From the human T2T-CHM13v2.0 reference genome, Homo sapiens: DNA of 64,000 bases. A program made the position numbers and the translations under genes. Location of the stretch: the NCBI RefSeq assembly GCF_009914755.1, contig NC_060933.1; one strand, 5' to 3'. Shown piece after piece: positions 1-22,821 of this stretch (positions are counted from its first letter, which is position 1; the number at the start of each line of letters is the position of its first letter). The notes beneath the pieces were generated by a model. The model saw nothing but the letters and a program-made list of their open reading frames with translations. It was not told the DNA's origin and made no database searches.

Positions 1-873
1 GGCTGAGGCAGGAGAATCACTTGAACCTGGGAGGCGGAGGTTGCCGTGAGCCAAGATTGTGCCACTGCACTCCAGCCTGGGAGACAGAGCAACACTCTGT
101 CTCAAAAAAAAAAAAAAATTAAACTTAAATTGTGATAAACTATATATTATATGGATTTACCATCGTAACCATTTTCAAGCATACAGTTCAGTGGCATTAA
201 GTACATTCATATTGTTGTGCATATTACAGTGGCTCACACCTATAATCCGAGCACTTTGGGAGGCCAAGACGGGAGGATTATTTGAGCCCAGGAGTTTGAG
301 ACTAGCCTGGGCAAGATGGAAAGACCCTGTCTCTACAAAAAAGTACAAAAAAAAAAAAATTAGCCTGGCATGGTGACACACGCATGTAGTCCCCAGCTTG
401 GAGAGGCTGAAGCAGGAGGATCTCTTGAGCCCAGGGGTTCGAGGTTACAGTGAGCTGTGATTACACCACTGCACTCTAGCCTAGGTGACAGAACAAGACC
501 TCGTCTCTAAAAATAAAAAATAAAAAAAAGAAAAAAGAAACATATGGTTGTGCTACCATCACCACCATCCATCCCAAAACACCATACCCCCCACCTGACT
601 TTTGTATTTTATAGAGATGGGGTTTCACCATGTTGCCCAGGCTAGTCTCGAACTCCTGGAATTATAGGCACGAACCACTGTGCCTGGCTCCAAGACCTCT
701 TACAATCTTGCAAAATGGAATCTCTGTCCCCATCAAACATTAACACCCCATTCACTACCACACCCAGCTCCCAGGCGCTGGAAATCTTAATTCATGTACT
801 TTTACTAGACTTTTAGGTAGGGGCTATAGGAAATGTATTTTCCTTCTTTTCCCAGCATTCTGAGTTTAGCCCA

Positions 874-1429
874 TGTAAGAGAGGAAAATTTTCTCTTCTC
901 TCCACTTATCCTGGGTTCATTGGCGGAGGCCCTGTAAATTGAACTGACAGAAGACAGATTAACAAGAGAAAAACAAACAAGTTTATTAGCACTTGCACCG
1001 TGCACACACGAGAGCACTCAGAGATGAGTAACTCAAAGGGGTGGTGAAAACGTGGGCTTGTATCCTTATCAAAGAACAATACATTTGTAGAGAAGAGATG
1101 AGATAAAGGAAAAGGACTTTGAGCTTTTAGTTACAGCAAACTGTGGGAAGGCAAATCATCTATGGGTAGAGTGGAAGATAAGGGTGGTTAGTAGGATCCT
1201 CTAGTGTTTTCTCCAGCTGATAAGCATCTAGAATTGTCTCTGGTGATTAGCTTCTGTCCTTCCTAGCAGAGAGAAGGGGGATATCTTTGCCAATTTCTGT
1301 CCTGATTTAAGCAAATAGGGGGAGGGCAGAGAGCTTTTCTTGTATCTCCATCTTCTCAGTTGCTGTCAACTCCAATTAATCCTGATGTCAAAGTGCACAT
1401 TTCGGAGCAGCACATTCTGAACCCCTTCA
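874..1429 (-). mobile_element. ERV1-class solo LTR, MER34/MER39-like
   Basis: TG...CA termini. Minus strand starts TGAAGGGGTTCAGAATGTG, as in the recalled MER34/39 consensus. Near-TSD ccca/ccta; homologous to 7105-7650. Confidence 0.7.
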
Positions 1430-3121
1430 CCTATGAATAAGGAATTTCTACTCTCTTCCCCTTCACTCCAGTCCGTGGAAGGGAAGACAGGAACTTTTTG
1501 GTGGGTGTCTAGAGAGGAGAAGCAGAGGGTTTCTGGCTCTTTCACGATTTGGGGAAGTAACGGGCTATCTAAGACATAGTCATCGTATTCTGTCATTTCA
1601 GGGGCTGTGGTTACTCACGTGTGCCTGTGATTGGGTGAAGCTGGATAAGATTAGGAAAAAACCTATTGGAAAGCAGAGGAAAAACCCTGTTCCCCAGTGA
1701 GGTTAAACACTAGTAAACTGCCATTTTGCTCCCTAGCTGACGGTACTGTGAATTGGTTCAGAACTCAGGAGGAGAAGAGTGTTGTTTATTCCCTGCTGCC
1801 CCCCACAACCTCTCCACGAGTCCGAGAGCCCTGTGATGCCATGCATTTTCAGTGCTTAGCACATTTTGGTCAGTTTGCCTATGTGTCTTTGAAGATCCCT
1901 GAATTCAAGCTTCTGCTTATCATATGCCAGCTGTTGGTAAGCAAGAGCCAGTTCTTTTATCATTAATAACCAGCACTTTGCTATTTTGCCCAGAACTTAA
2001 TTTACAAATCAATCAATCAGTCCCTACCATGGTTCTCCTGGGGGCTGTGACAGTTTCTCCTGTGAGAAGCAGCCAGATCACAAATTGGTGGCAATAACTG
2101 GAGAACAACTGTCTGGGGAACATGTGATTGATTTGAGGCTCAAGTGGGAAAGAACCATCCTGCTTGTAGCCATTACTTCTTTTCTTTATATTTTTTTATT
2201 TTCAAATAATATTGGACTTACATAAAACTTTGCAGATAGAACAGCCAGTTCTTATATAACCTCACCCAGCATTCCCAATGTTCACATCTTTCATAGCCAG
2301 GGCAAAACGATCAAACAGGAAATTAGCAGTGACATGATGCAAAATAAACTACAGATCTAATTTGAATTTGGTCAGTTTCCCCACTCACACCCTTTTTCTC
2401 TTCCAGGTTCCCATCTAGGAGCCCCCTTGCATTTAGTTGTTGCAGCTTCTTAGTCTCCTTCAATCTGGGACTGTCTCTCAGTCTTGTCTTTCATGACCCA
2501 AACACACTTCTGCAGAATACTCGTCAGTTATTGCTGTGGAATGTCTGTTGGTCTGGGTCCGTCTGATGTTCTCTCATAATCTGATTGAGGCTATGCATTT
2601 TTAGCAAGAATACTGCATAAATAATGCTGTGCCCTCAGTGCAATGCATCCACACAGGGCTTCGTCATTCAATACGTCTTCTTCTTGGTGATGTGAACCCC
2701 CACCACCCAGTGAAAAGTGGTGCCCGCTGGCTTTCTCCACTGGTGCAGTGTGATTTATTAATGAGGGAGTTACTTCAAGACAATGCAAATATCCTGTTTC
2801 TCCTCAAACTTTTCCCCACCAATATTAGCATCCATCGGTGGGTCTTGCCTACAATAATACTTTATCTGGATTTAATGATTATATTGATTATTCATAAAAA
2901 GTTTTATATTCATTCAGGAATTTCTGCAGGCATTTTTATGAATTGTCCTATTTATAGCTATACTGCATATGAGTGATAAGAACAATGACAATAGGAATAA
3001 TAATAATACTCATTTTTGAGTTGAATAAGTACCTGACAAATTGCTGGGCTCATTAAATGTTAATCATTATTATCGTGGGTTTTTTTGTTGTTGTTGCTGT
3101 TGTTGTTGTTTTATGAGATAG

Positions 3122-3437
<316 letters not shown>

Positions 3438-3623
3438 TAGGAGAATTAATAAAGATGCCTGCAGAAATTCATTCAGAAGAAATTCCTCATTGATGGAATG
3501 GGAATAATACCTATTTTACAGAATGAAATATATGTAAAAACATACGTATATATAATTTTTTGAAGTGTTAAGGGTACCTTCTTCAAACATTTGTTCTTAA
3601 ACAATTCCTCTCCTACCTCCTGA

Positions 3624-3964
<341 letters not shown>

Positions 3965-4653
3965 TAATAATAATTTGTTGGTTACCTCTGTGAAGTAGAA
4001 TTAAGGATAATTTTTGTATGTGATACTTTCCTGAATTTATAAAGTTTTTATGTAATAAACATTATTTCTTACATATTTTATAATGTAACCCTTAAGTCCT
4101 GCTCAAAATGGAGTGAAAATCTTACTTTGTAGAGGAGACATGATACTTTTTTCCCATTCTTCATATCTAAATGCACAGTTGTTTCCTCTTGGGCACACAT
4201 ACTTGTTTGTTTATACATTAGAATGCTGTTAGGTAGATTATTTTGTTGGCATTTAAAATATACACAATTTTATTGTGTATATTTTCATGGTTGTCCTTTT
4301 GAAAATAGTACTACCAGGAAAATGTGATCAGTTAAAATTTTCCCAATACAGTAAAGAATTTTAATTTACGTATGTTTTGGCTTTGAGAGAAACAAGATTG
4401 CTTAAACAAACTCCCTCAAGACCTTCAAGTGCTGTAGGCCAGGTACTGGATTAAATTAAACAAGTCGCATTTCCTTACCTAAGCGTAACTGGGTAGAAAG
4501 GAGTATTATTGTTGCATTAAAACAGCATTTGTTCACCATACTTTGTTAAAACCTTGGATGGAGTTTTAACCTAAATTGGCTTAATTCAGAAAAGTCTTTC
4601 TACAGAAGTAAACCTTAAAAGCATTGTTATTCAAGGCTGGGCATGGTGGCTCA

Positions 4654-4947
<294 letters not shown>

Positions 4948-5488
4948 TTAATTCTAGTTGAGATGAAGTGAACTGAGTGGCTGCAGGCTGTCTCTTCCTG
5001 AAGTTCTTCAGAAATCAGGGATGGCTTACATAAATCCATGCCCAGGGGCGGGGCAGGACTAACACCAAGAAGGTTCTTAACAAGGGCCCAGATTCGAGAT
5101 CCTCACACAAAGCAATTATTTGCAGAGAATACCCATTCCAGTTAAAATCTCCAGGCTGTTAACTTACTTAATGAGTGCCCTGTTGGGATGTGGAAAGATG
5201 CAGAGACTCTCACCATCTATTGCCTCTCCTTTATCCACACAAGTAAGACCCATGCAGGGTGCTCCTGCAGTGCAGGGAACTCTCTTTATTGCAAAAGGGA
5301 AAAAGAAAAGTTGCATCTGTCAAGTTTTTGAAGGGCTAGGATTTAGACTGGCAGTTTGTTTGTTCCCTTTGAGAGCCTGAGGGAAGCTATGGGCCCTCTT
5401 CCCAGAAGCAGGTCCACAGATGTGTGATGTAGGGTGGGTGGTTCCTCCTTATTGTCTGCAAAATACTTTCTTTCCAATCTTTGGGAGA

Positions 5489-6005
5489 TATGATGGTTAA
5501 TTTTAGGTGTCAACTTGACTGGGATAAGGGATGCCCAGATAGCTGGTAAAGCATTATTTCTGGGTGTGTCTCTAAGGGTGTTTCTGGAAGAGATTGGCAT
5601 TTGAATCAGCAACCTGAGTAAGGAAGATGCCCTCACCTAAAGTGGGTGGACGCTATCCAATTTGCTGAGGGTCTAGGTAGAAGAAGAAGGCAGAAGAAAG
5701 GTGAACTCATTCTCTCTTCTGAAGTTGGGACACCCTTCTTCTCCTGCCCTTGGACATCAGAGCTCCAGGTTTTCCTGCCTTTGGACTCTGGGACTTATAC
5801 CAGCAGCCTCCTGATTTCTCAGGACAGCAGCCTCAGATGGAGGGTTACACCCTCAGGTCCCCTGGTCCTCAAGCCTGCGGACCTGGACTGAATTACACCA
5901 TTGATTTCCCTGGCTCTCCAGCTTACAGACAGCAGACTGTGGGACTTCTCAGCTTCCATAATTACATTAGCCAATTCCCATAGTAAATTCCCTCTTCTAT
6001 TACAT
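5489..6005 (+). mobile_element. MLT2 (ERVL) LTR
   Basis: Starts tgatggttaattttaggtgtcaacttgactgg, followed by ttatttctgggtgtgtct; ends agccaattcccatagtaaattccctc. Confidence 0.8.
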
Positions 6006-6194
6006 AGCATTGCTGTGAGTACTGAGCTCACAACAATGGGTTAATATGAATAAAACTCCCAAAACAGCTCTGAGAACATGAGAACATGATAAATGCTGTC
6101 TCAATATCGTCATTCAATGATCAATACATTCAATGTTTTCTTAGATTCCTTCTTGCTCTAAGAACCTGTGAATTTTTTTTTTTTTTTTTTTTGA

Positions 6195-6512
<318 letters not shown>

Positions 6513-7104
6513 TAATCAATTACCATGTCCCAGATACTAATGGGGAGTTGACACACTTTATTTCACTTAATGACCCAAACAATCCTGTGAGTTGGGTTAT
6601 ATCACTTGATTGTCCACAGTGGAGAACAAGGTTGAGTAGCTTGCCTAAGATTAGTGGTGTGTTCATTCTCAAAGATGGGATGTCTGGAATCCAAACCCTC
6701 ATCTGTCCAAATCACAAACTGGGAGAAGTTATTTGCAGCATAGAAAACAAAGGAGTAGTATCAGAATACAAAAGAAGCTTTGCATATTAAGAAAAGAGAC
6801 ACGAAATTCAAATCAAATGAATGGACAGTTTCTAGAAGAAATCCACTAGGTCAATGTGTCTGTGATAAAATGCTCAGTCTCACTGGGTATAAGCAAATTC
6901 AAATAAAAGAATGAGCTGCCACTGATGAAGACAGAGGGAAATGAGGACTCTTACCCACAACTGGTGATTGGTAGTCTTTTTGAGCTTTGAAGATATATTT
7001 TGCTATATTCTAACTTTCCATATTGCTGTTGAGATGTCTTATGGTATTCTTATTTCTGATTCTTTGTATGCCTATTAAATAAGATGGCTTGGGCAGCAAG
7101 GAAC

Positions 7105-7650
7105 TGTAGAAGAGGGAGAACTTTTCCTCTGGTGTCTTAGGTTCTGCCGTTGGGATCTGCTAATTAAACTGACAAAAGACAGACTAACAGTAGAAGAGGA
7201 ATACGAATTTTATCTGATGTTAATTTTTACATGTATATGGAAGCTTCCATAGAAGTGAAGACCCAAAGAGAAGCTAGACCCGGGGGTCTATATGTTATTT
7301 TAACAGAGTGATAAATTGTGGAGACAGGACAAAGGAAAAGAATTTGTGCTTCTAGGAGCAGTAAATTGTGGGAAGGTAAATTTATGGGGGACACCAGTTG
7401 ATGGTAAGGGTTATTTAATAGGTCTGTTTGTGCAGACTCATCTCCATGCTTTCCCCACTCCAGTAATAAAGGTTGTCTTTCCCTTCCTGATATGAGAGCA
7501 GGGGATGCCTTCACAACAGGAAATGTATGCCTTGTTTTGTCAGCAGACAGAGAAAGGTAGTGAGCGTTTCTTGAGTCTGCTGCTTTTCAATTGTCTTCAG
7601 CTCAAAATAATCCTTATGCTAAAGTGGCATAGTTTGGGTGACTCCCTTCA
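7105..7650 (-). mobile_element. ERV1-class solo LTR, MER34/MER39-like, inserted in older MLT1-like sequence
   Basis: TG...CA termini; perfect 4-bp TSD gaac at 7101-7104 and 7651-7654; minus-strand motif ATGCCACTTTAGCATAAGGATTATTTTGAGCTGAAG. Confidence 0.75.
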
Positions 7651-8559
7651 GAACATAATATCTGTCTAAGAATAGTATAGGTACATTGACTGCTTCCTTA
7701 GTAGGAGGACTGGAAGTAAGCTATCCCAAGGCTGAACTGGCACCTCACCATGCTCACCAGGGCCCCGGCTCCTTTCAGCTCTCTGCTCTTCCATCCTCAG
7801 CATGTTGATGATGTTATGCTTCAAGGAGACAAGATGACTGTGCCAGCTCCAAACATCACAGCCTGAGTCACAAGGAGAGAAGCAATAAAATTACCCCATT
7901 CCCAGCAGACGTCTCCCTGAATTTCCTTGGTCAGGACTGTGCCATACTACACAGTTTAATAGCTGGCCAAGGAGCCCCCTGTGCCTGGCGCAATCATGAT
8001 TCCTCCCTCCGGAGGTCCGTGCTACAGGCCTCCAAACCTGGCTTCTATTAACAGGCAGGAAAGGGAAGATGGCTGTTTGGCAGACTATCTGCAGTGTCTG
8101 GTGCAGTAGAGGAAGTTTTTTTTCTCCTCTGGAAGTTTAGGATTATCAGTTCTCTCTGGTGTTTTGGGTGGAATTAAGCCTCATTTCCTTGCAGACAGAC
8201 TTGGCTAGAAAATCTAGCCGAAGTGGAGGCATTTAATGAAAAACCTTGACAGAATGAGAATCTGTTAAAACAGGTACTTTTAAAAGAACAAACTTGAGCT
8301 AGTCATTAGATATTGTTTAGATAGATAAGAAACAGTTTAGTAACAAATCTGTTAAATCTACACATATTCTGTGCCTTATCATCATAAAATAATCTTCTGG
8401 CTACATCTTTTTGTTAAGAAGTATAAGGGCTAGTCTTGTGTTAATAGTTTCAAGAACCATTTTCTTGTAACCTTGAGACTTGCTTATGGTTGTCACAAAA
8501 TAGTCCAAATTTTTAGACTATTTGACATAGACAAGTATAGACTGGGTTTGTTCTTACTA

Positions 8560-8946
<387 letters not shown>

Positions 8947-9388
8947 TCAATAGATCGAGACCATCCTGCCTAACATGGTGAAACTCCATCTCTACTAAAA
9001 ATACAAAAATTAGCCAGGCGTGATGGTGGGCACCTGTAGTCCCAGCTACTTAGGAGGCTGAGGCAGGAGAATTGCTTGATAGATAATCGCGAGATTCCAT
9101 CAAAAAAAAAAAAAGCTGACTTTTTTTTTTTTTTTTTTTTTTTTTGAGACAGAATTTCACTCTGTCACCCAAGCCGGAGTGCAGTGGTGCAGTCTTGGCT
9201 CACTGCAAGCGGGTTCAAGCGATTCTAGTGTCTCAGTCTCCCAAGTAGCTCCAATTTATTAGATATTGTACTGCCAAGAATGAGTCTCTACATTTCTTAT
9301 ATTTTCTCTTCTAGTTTCCATCTCTCTATCCCTCTTACCCTGATATTTCCTTAATTTTGTCTCCCACCTACCTACTGAACTTTGTTTA

Positions 9389-9568
<180 letters not shown>

Positions 9569-9849
9569 TCAGGAGACTGATGTAGGAGAATGGCTTGAAC
9601 CCAGGAGGTGGAGGTTGCAGTGAGCCAAGATTGCGCCACTGTACTCCAGCCTGGGCAACAGAGCTAGATTCCGTCTCAAAAAAATAAAAATAAATAAATA
9701 ACAGGCTATTTTCAAGAGCTCTGTCCCTGATTATTCTCGATTCATGAGTGCAGATTTTCTCTTCCAGTTCTGATGGTATCTAACCACAGGAGGATGTGTG
9801 AATACTTTGCTACCTGAATTGTCTCTGTTCTGTTTGTTCTGCTGTGTCT

Positions 9850-11517
<1,668 letters not shown>

Positions 11518-11866
11518 TAGTATTTTTAGCAGAGACGGGGTTTCGCCATGTTGGCCAGGCTGATTGGCTGATCTCGAACTCCTAACCTCAGGTGATCCAC
11601 CCGCCTCGGCCTCCCAAAGTGCCGGGATTACAGGCCTGAGCCACCGCGCCCAGCTGGAAAGCCCTGTGTTCTTAACATTTAAGAGTCTATTCTGCCTGGA
11701 AAGAAATCAGATAAAGAGCAATTCAAAAACAACAAAAGTTGGGAGGCCGAGGCGCGCGGATCACGAGGTCAGGAGATCGAGACCATTCTGGCCAACATGG
11801 TGAAACCCCGTCTCTACTAAAAATACAAAAATTAGCTGGGAGTGGTGGCATGCACTTGTAGTCTCA

Positions 11867-12055
<189 letters not shown>

Positions 12056-12129
12056 CTAAGAAATAAGGCCGGGCGCGATGGCTCACACCTGTAATTCCAG
12101 CACTTTGGGAGGCCGAGGCGGGCGGGTCA

Positions 12130-12407
<278 letters not shown>

Positions 12408-12492
12408 TTAAAAGTAATTTTTGACATAAAAGAGAAAAAAGCAGACGCTGTAATTTGAAGGGGAAAAAACCTTACATTTAAAAGTAGAAGGT

Positions 12493-13063
<571 letters not shown>

Positions 13064-13984
13064 AAAAGTAGAAGGTGGGACACAGAGAATCTTACAGCTT
13101 AGGGGAACAAAGGGGTTGTTAGAAGTTAGTGGAGATCCAAGAGCCCTTTGGAAATTATTGTTTGTCCAAGATTTTATATTCCAGGGCTATTTTTAACCCA
13201 TTTTGGATTGCTGTGTGGTAAAGAGAAAAGTACTGTATGGTAATGAACAGGAGTTAAGAGTGGGTCTGGGTTGTGTCCTGGTTGTGAGATCACAGTCAAG
13301 TGAATTAGTTTTTCTGTCTCTGCTTTCTCACCTGTAAGTGGATTTTGTGGGGTTTAAAATGGGATGCAATTTATTAGAGAGCTTTGAGATATAATACAGC
13401 AGATACAAATATTCTACAACCTTGAGTAATTTTACGATAAGTCTTGGGGAGAAGAATGGGGAAGATCCAATTAGGTCCCCTGACCTGTATATAAATGAGA
13501 ATCTGCATTCTAGATCTACAGAGCTGGCACAGATTTCTTTCTTATGCAGAATCTCTTCTCAAAATATTTTTTTACAAAGTCTTTTACGAATATGAAAGCT
13601 CATGGAAATATCCTGTTCAACTTTGAAACTTGGAATTTTGTTTCTATGAAATTGACAAGTGAATGTGTGACAGTATTTCAGAAACAATAGAAAAGAAGGA
13701 ATAGAAACAGCTGGTAAATTCTTTAGATGTGAAAGTGGTTTTTCTTTTCTTCTTCTTTTTTTTTAACCAGACTCTGATCCTGAAAAATAAGCATCCCCAA
13801 AATCAGAAAACAGTACATATTAGCTGCTGAAAACTGAGGTTGAACCCAATTTTACCCTGTCTTGTTTAACTTCAGTTAGGAATGGAATTAAAGAGATAGT
13901 TTTGTTTTGAACTCTTGACCACTGGAAATAAAAGGGAGTGAAGTGTGCAGGTAGCCAAAAATCCACCTAATTCACCTCCCATAG

Positions 13985-17070
<3,086 letters not shown>

Positions 17071-17781
17071 AAAGTATAGATTCACTTTTTTCTCCTCTTA
17101 CCCTCTAACACCTCTGAAAATAACAAAATACCCTGGAAATCATTCAACAGACAATGATAAAAGAATTCTGAGTGCTTGAGAGAAGAAGGTAGATAGGTTA
17201 GAGACCTTAAAACTTCAGAAATGACAACCTGGTGAGTTCCCTGGTTTTTCTTTTTATCTCCCATATGACCCCAGACTGGATGCCAGAGAGGCCTGAAACC
17301 TCCAATAGGCATAGACAAACAATCAGACAGACAAACAAAAGTCTGGCTGGAGAACTGGGTAAAGGGGAAGCACAACAGAGACCAAATGGGGAGCTCTAAC
17401 TCCTGTTTCACAACTGGCCACAAACAGGTGGCCTGATTTTCCTCCAAAACCCTGCTGGGTTGACCCAATCCTTACTCCACACTTGGGTAATTGGTGAGTG
17501 GGCTAATCCATCCACAGGGGCAGCATTAGCAAAGCCCAGCATCTCCCTACCCTTTATCACAAAGGGCATATAATGCACATGAAGTGACACACAAAGATAA
17601 GCCCAGTGGCTTCAGCCCCTTTTAACTCCTATGGCAGAGGTTGGCCTAGGAACATCAGGTGATCCAGGAAAGTAACTTCCACTCCTTAAGGGAGCCCCAG
17701 CAGGAATTAAGTGAGAATTTCAAAAATGTCAGAAGAATGAGGCAAACCAGAATAGAACTGCAAGGGCTCTGAAAACTAAAC

Positions 17782-18166
17782 TGTTGTTTAGTACATTTTC
17801 TGCTGATATAACAGAATACTTGAGGTATAACAGAATACTTAAGGCTGGGTAATTTATAAAGAAAAGAAAGTTATTTGGCTCACAGTTGTGGAGGCTCGGA
17901 AGTCCAAGATTGAGGGGCCACATCTGGTAAGGGCTTTCTTGCATGTCATCCCACGTCAGAAGGTAGAAAAGCAAGAGAATGTGTGTGAGAAAGCAAGAGA
18001 TTAAACTTGCAGCCTCAAGTCCTTTTATAATTGACATTAATCCATTCATGATGGGACAGCCCTCATGACCCAAATGCCTCCCATTAGGCTCCGCCTCCCG
18101 ACACTGTTTCATTTGGGATTAAATTCTCAACACACACTTTTTGGGGAACAAATTCAAAGCATAGCA
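17782..18166 (-). mobile_element. MST (MaLR) LTR
   Basis: ggctgggtaatttataaagaaaagaaagttatttggctcacag, gtccaagattgagggg, cccattaggc; ends caaagcatagca. Confidence 0.8.
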
Positions 18167-19238
18167 GCTGTCATTGGAACTACAGCTCACAAAAATGGGC
18201 CAGAAGCTAGACTAAATTGGAAAAGGTTAACTGTCTGCTAAAACAGAAGATTTAAGTGGCATCAGCAGCCTCCTAATGTAACAACCAAAGTGCTCAGGAT
18301 ACAATAAAAATTCACTCATCATACCAAAAATCAGGAAAATCACACTTTCAATAATAAAAAGTCAATTGATGCTAATACTAAAATAAATACAACATGGAAA
18401 TTATTCGACAAAGATTTTAAAACTTTTGCAATAAGAATGCTTCAACGAACAATTGTGATTCTCTTGAAACAAAAAATTAAAAATCTCAGCAAAGAAATAG
18501 AAGTTATAAAAAAAAGAACCATATGGAAATTTTAGAACTGAAAAATACAGTTGAAATAAAAAAATTCATTGGATAGACTCAATACTAGAGTAGACATGAC
18601 AGGGAAACTTGAAAATAGATCAACAGAATTTATTCAATCTGGAAAATAGAGGAAAAACAGGCTGAAAAAGGTGAACAGAGCCACAGGGATCTGTGAGACA
18701 GATATCCAACTCTCTAAAGTATCTAACATTCATACAGAGTTCCACAAGGAAAAGAGAATAAGGTGGGACTGGGGCTAAGAAGAACTCAAAAAACTAATGG
18801 CTGACAACTTCCCAAATTTAGAAAGAGACATAAAACTACAGAATCAAGAAGCTCAGTGAAATGGAACTGGATAAACCCCAAGAAATCCACACAGAGACAC
18901 ATCATAAACTTCTGAAAAACTGAAGACAAAAAAATTTTAAAAACAGCTAGAGATAAACGATGCATTACCTATAGTGGAAGACCAACTTGAATGATGGTAG
19001 ATTTTTAATCTGAAACCATCAAGGCCATATTTTTCAAGTGATGAAAAAAAATAACAAAAATAAAAAAGTAAAAATCAGCCAAATCAAAACCCCAACTATC
19101 AACAATGAATACTACATCTAACAAGCCATCTTTCAAAAATGAGGAGGAAATAAGATATTTTTAGATGGAAAAAACTATGAATTTGTTGCTAGCAGATTTA
19201 GTCTTTAGCTAAAGGATGGTCCCCAAACATAAAGAAAA

Positions 19239-19623
19239 TGTTAGGTACTAAATTGTGTCTCCTCCACCCTCACCTTTATATATTGAAGTCCTAACCTCCT
19301 CCAATGTGACTGTATTTGTAAACAAGGCCCTTAAAGAGGTAATTAAGGTTAAATGAGGTCATAAGGGTGGGTTGCTAATCCACTAGGACTGGTGTCCCTA
19401 TAAAAAGAGGCAGGCACACCAGCTGTGTATATACAGAGCAAAGGCCATGTAAGGACCCAGAAAGAAGATGGCCATCTGCAAGCCAAGGAGAGAGGCCCCA
19501 GGAGAAACCAAACCTGCCAACATCTTGGACTTCCAGCTTCTAGAACTGTGAGAAATAAATTTCTGTTGTTTAAGACAGTTGGCCTATGGTATTTTGTTAT
19601 GGTAGCACTAGCAGACTAAGACA
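19239..19623 (+). mobile_element. MLT1 (MaLR) LTR
   Basis: aatgtgactgtattt, aggttaaatgaggtcataagggtggg, ggacttccagcttctagaactgtgagaaataaatttctgttgtttaag; ends gactaagaca. Confidence 0.85.
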
Positions 19624-22493
19624 GACAAGCGCAATAGATGAATGATTGGACCTTCAGAAAGGAAAGAATAATGGAATAGGAAAATAGAAAGGTAAGCATA
19701 ATAGACTACACTTCACTTATGGAGTTTCTTTAACCATACTTTGTGTTTGAAGCCACAATTATAACACTGTTCAGTATGGCACTCGATGTATGTAAACACT
19801 TCATATAATTATATTTAAAATGTTGGAAAAGTAAAGAGATCTACATGGAAGCAAGGTTTCTTAACTTCACTCAAAGGGGTACTGACATCAGTAGGCTATA
19901 GTAAATTACATATATATGTGGTAATACCTAGAACAATCACTAACAAAACTGTAGAAAGTAGTACACTAAGAAATATTATAAATAAAAAGGAATCTAATTC
20001 CAATGAATGTTTAAGTAACTCACAAGAAAGCAAGGGAAAAATACCAGAGGAATAAGAAACAAAGGAGACAAACAGAAAACAAATAATAAAATGGCAGACT
20101 TAAGCCTTAGCATATGAATGATTAATTTAAATATAAGTGGTATACATATACCAATTCAAAGATTGTCACATTGGATACCACAGGACTTAATTATATGTGT
20201 CTATGAACCAAAGATGTAAAAAATAACAAAATAGGTAGGAAACAAAAAATGGAAAAAGATATACTATGCAAACATAAATGAGAAAAAAGCAGGAGTGACT
20301 ATATTAATGTCACATAAACTTCAGAGCAAATAACATTATTAGAAACAAAAAGAGAATTACATAATAATTAAGAATTAATCCTCCAGGATAAAGCAATCCT
20401 AATTATGTATGCAACACACAACAGTGTTTCAAAATATATGGAGTAAAATCCAATAGAGATGAAAAGAGAAATAAATTCAAAATTATAGTTGGGGAATTCA
20501 AAACTCAGTTTGAAGCAATTGATAGCACTACTAGAGATAAAATTAGCAAGGATATGGAAGAATAGACAGCACCATTAACTGACTCACATTTATAGACTAC
20601 TCCATCAAACAACAGCAGAATACATATTCTATTCAAATGCTCATGGAACATTCATCATAAAGACTCTATCCTAGGTCATACAATAAACCTTAACCAATTT
20701 AAAAAGACTGAAATCATGCAGAATATATTCTCTTAACCATAATTGAATTCAACTGGAAATCAATAACTTAAAGACAACAGAAAAAAATCTCCAAACACTT
20801 GGAAATTAAATAATACACTTCTAAGTAATCTATGGGTCAAAGCAGTCTCAAAGGATATTGAAAAATAAAAACAAAATGGACATAAATGAAACTAAAAACA
20901 CAGCTTATCAAAATTTGTGGGTTTCAGCTAATGCAATGTTGAGAGGGATATTCATAGCACTTAAATGCTTACATTAGAAAAGAGAAAATATATCAATTGA
21001 TAACCTAAGTTCTAGCTCAAGAGACTGGAAAAAGAAGAGAAAAAAATGAAATAAACAAAACAAAGCAAGCAGCAGAAGGAACAAAATAATAAAGCAGAAA
21101 TCAATAAAACTGAATACATGAAGATAAAATTAATAAGGCAAAAAACCTCATTTGTCAAAAAAAAATAAAATTGATAAACCTCTAGTAATATTGACAAAGA
21201 TAAAAAAGAAGATACAAATAATCCCCAATGTCAAAAGGAAAGTATATCAACATATCCTGCAGCCATTAAAATAACAAGTAAATAATATAAACAACTCTAT
21301 GCTCATAAAATTGACAAAATTTGGGCTTCTGTTCAATGAGACAGGTAATAAATAAATGACAAATATCTGACAGTGCAATTGCCTAAAACCTATAAGGGGT
21401 TACTACCCAGCATAAACTAGGAACTCTTATAAGAATGAACGCACAAAAGGCAGTAATTTGGATAGCAAAATGGGGAAAGGAAATATATAAAATAGTTACA
21501 AAATAGGAGATCCTAATTACTGCTGAAGGTTGATAAATCAGAAAATAAGGGCATCATATCATTCAGGCAAATGTTTGGTTTTTCAGTAGAATTAAAGAGA
21601 ACATGGTTTAAGTAGTTCCCTCTTGAGAGTGTGGCTGAAGGTGGTGACACTTGTGGTGGAAATCTTCCAATTCAATTTGATTTTTAAACCATATGCGTGT
21701 ATTAGTTTGCTGGGTTTTTATGTTAAAAAAAAGGAATAAAGGTCAAATTGCTTCATCTACATCTTTCAAAAAATTAAAGGAAATATCTCACTTAAGAGTC
21801 GCCTAGACAATTATATTTATACTTAGCAAGTTATATAAAAATTAAAAATTTTAAATATAATTCCCAAAATGATGGCAACATATTATTCACAAAATAGGGG
21901 TCAAATAGGTAAAGATAGATGTTTATTTGACAAATAAAACACAGGTATAAATAAAGTAAATCTTATATAGCAATTAAATATATCCCATTTTACTCTACAA
22001 AACATTTTTAGTAGGTTACAAGAATATAAAAATACATTAAATAAAAAAATAGATTGAGAATGAAGCAGTTAGGGAATGCAAAAATGAAGAAGAATGCATA
22101 AAAATATAAACTAATAAATATTTAATTTCTAAAGTACTTTATAGTACTTCCAAGCATTTTCCTTTTCTAATACAGATTCATTTTTTTTTCTAAAAATAAA
22201 ATGAGTATATTATTGAATTTTCAAGTTAACACCAGAAAATTATAAAGAATCTAGCATTTCTCAACATTCTGGCATCTAGAAATAATTACTATTAACATTA
22301 GCTGAACATCACTCCAGACACATTATTTTGGGTATATGTATCTAACACAGATAGACAGCTAACATACATACACACTCAACAAACAGAAAGAGCACCATGA
22401 AAATGAGATCTTGCTTAAGAAAGCAGTGTGGGCCGGGCACGGTGGCTCACGCCTGTAATCCCAGCACTTTGGGAGGCCGAGGCGGGCAGATCA

Positions 22494-22821
<328 letters not shown>

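Larger units (their letters stand above)
17080..21330 (+). mobile_element. Old degenerate L1 (L1M-type; 5'UTR/ORF1 into ORF2 endonuclease region) interrupted by two MaLR LTRs
   Basis: A-rich plus strand; ORF2-like motifs (acagcagaatacatattctattcaaatgctcatggaacattc; aatctatgggtcaaag). No intact ORF. Confidence 0.8.
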
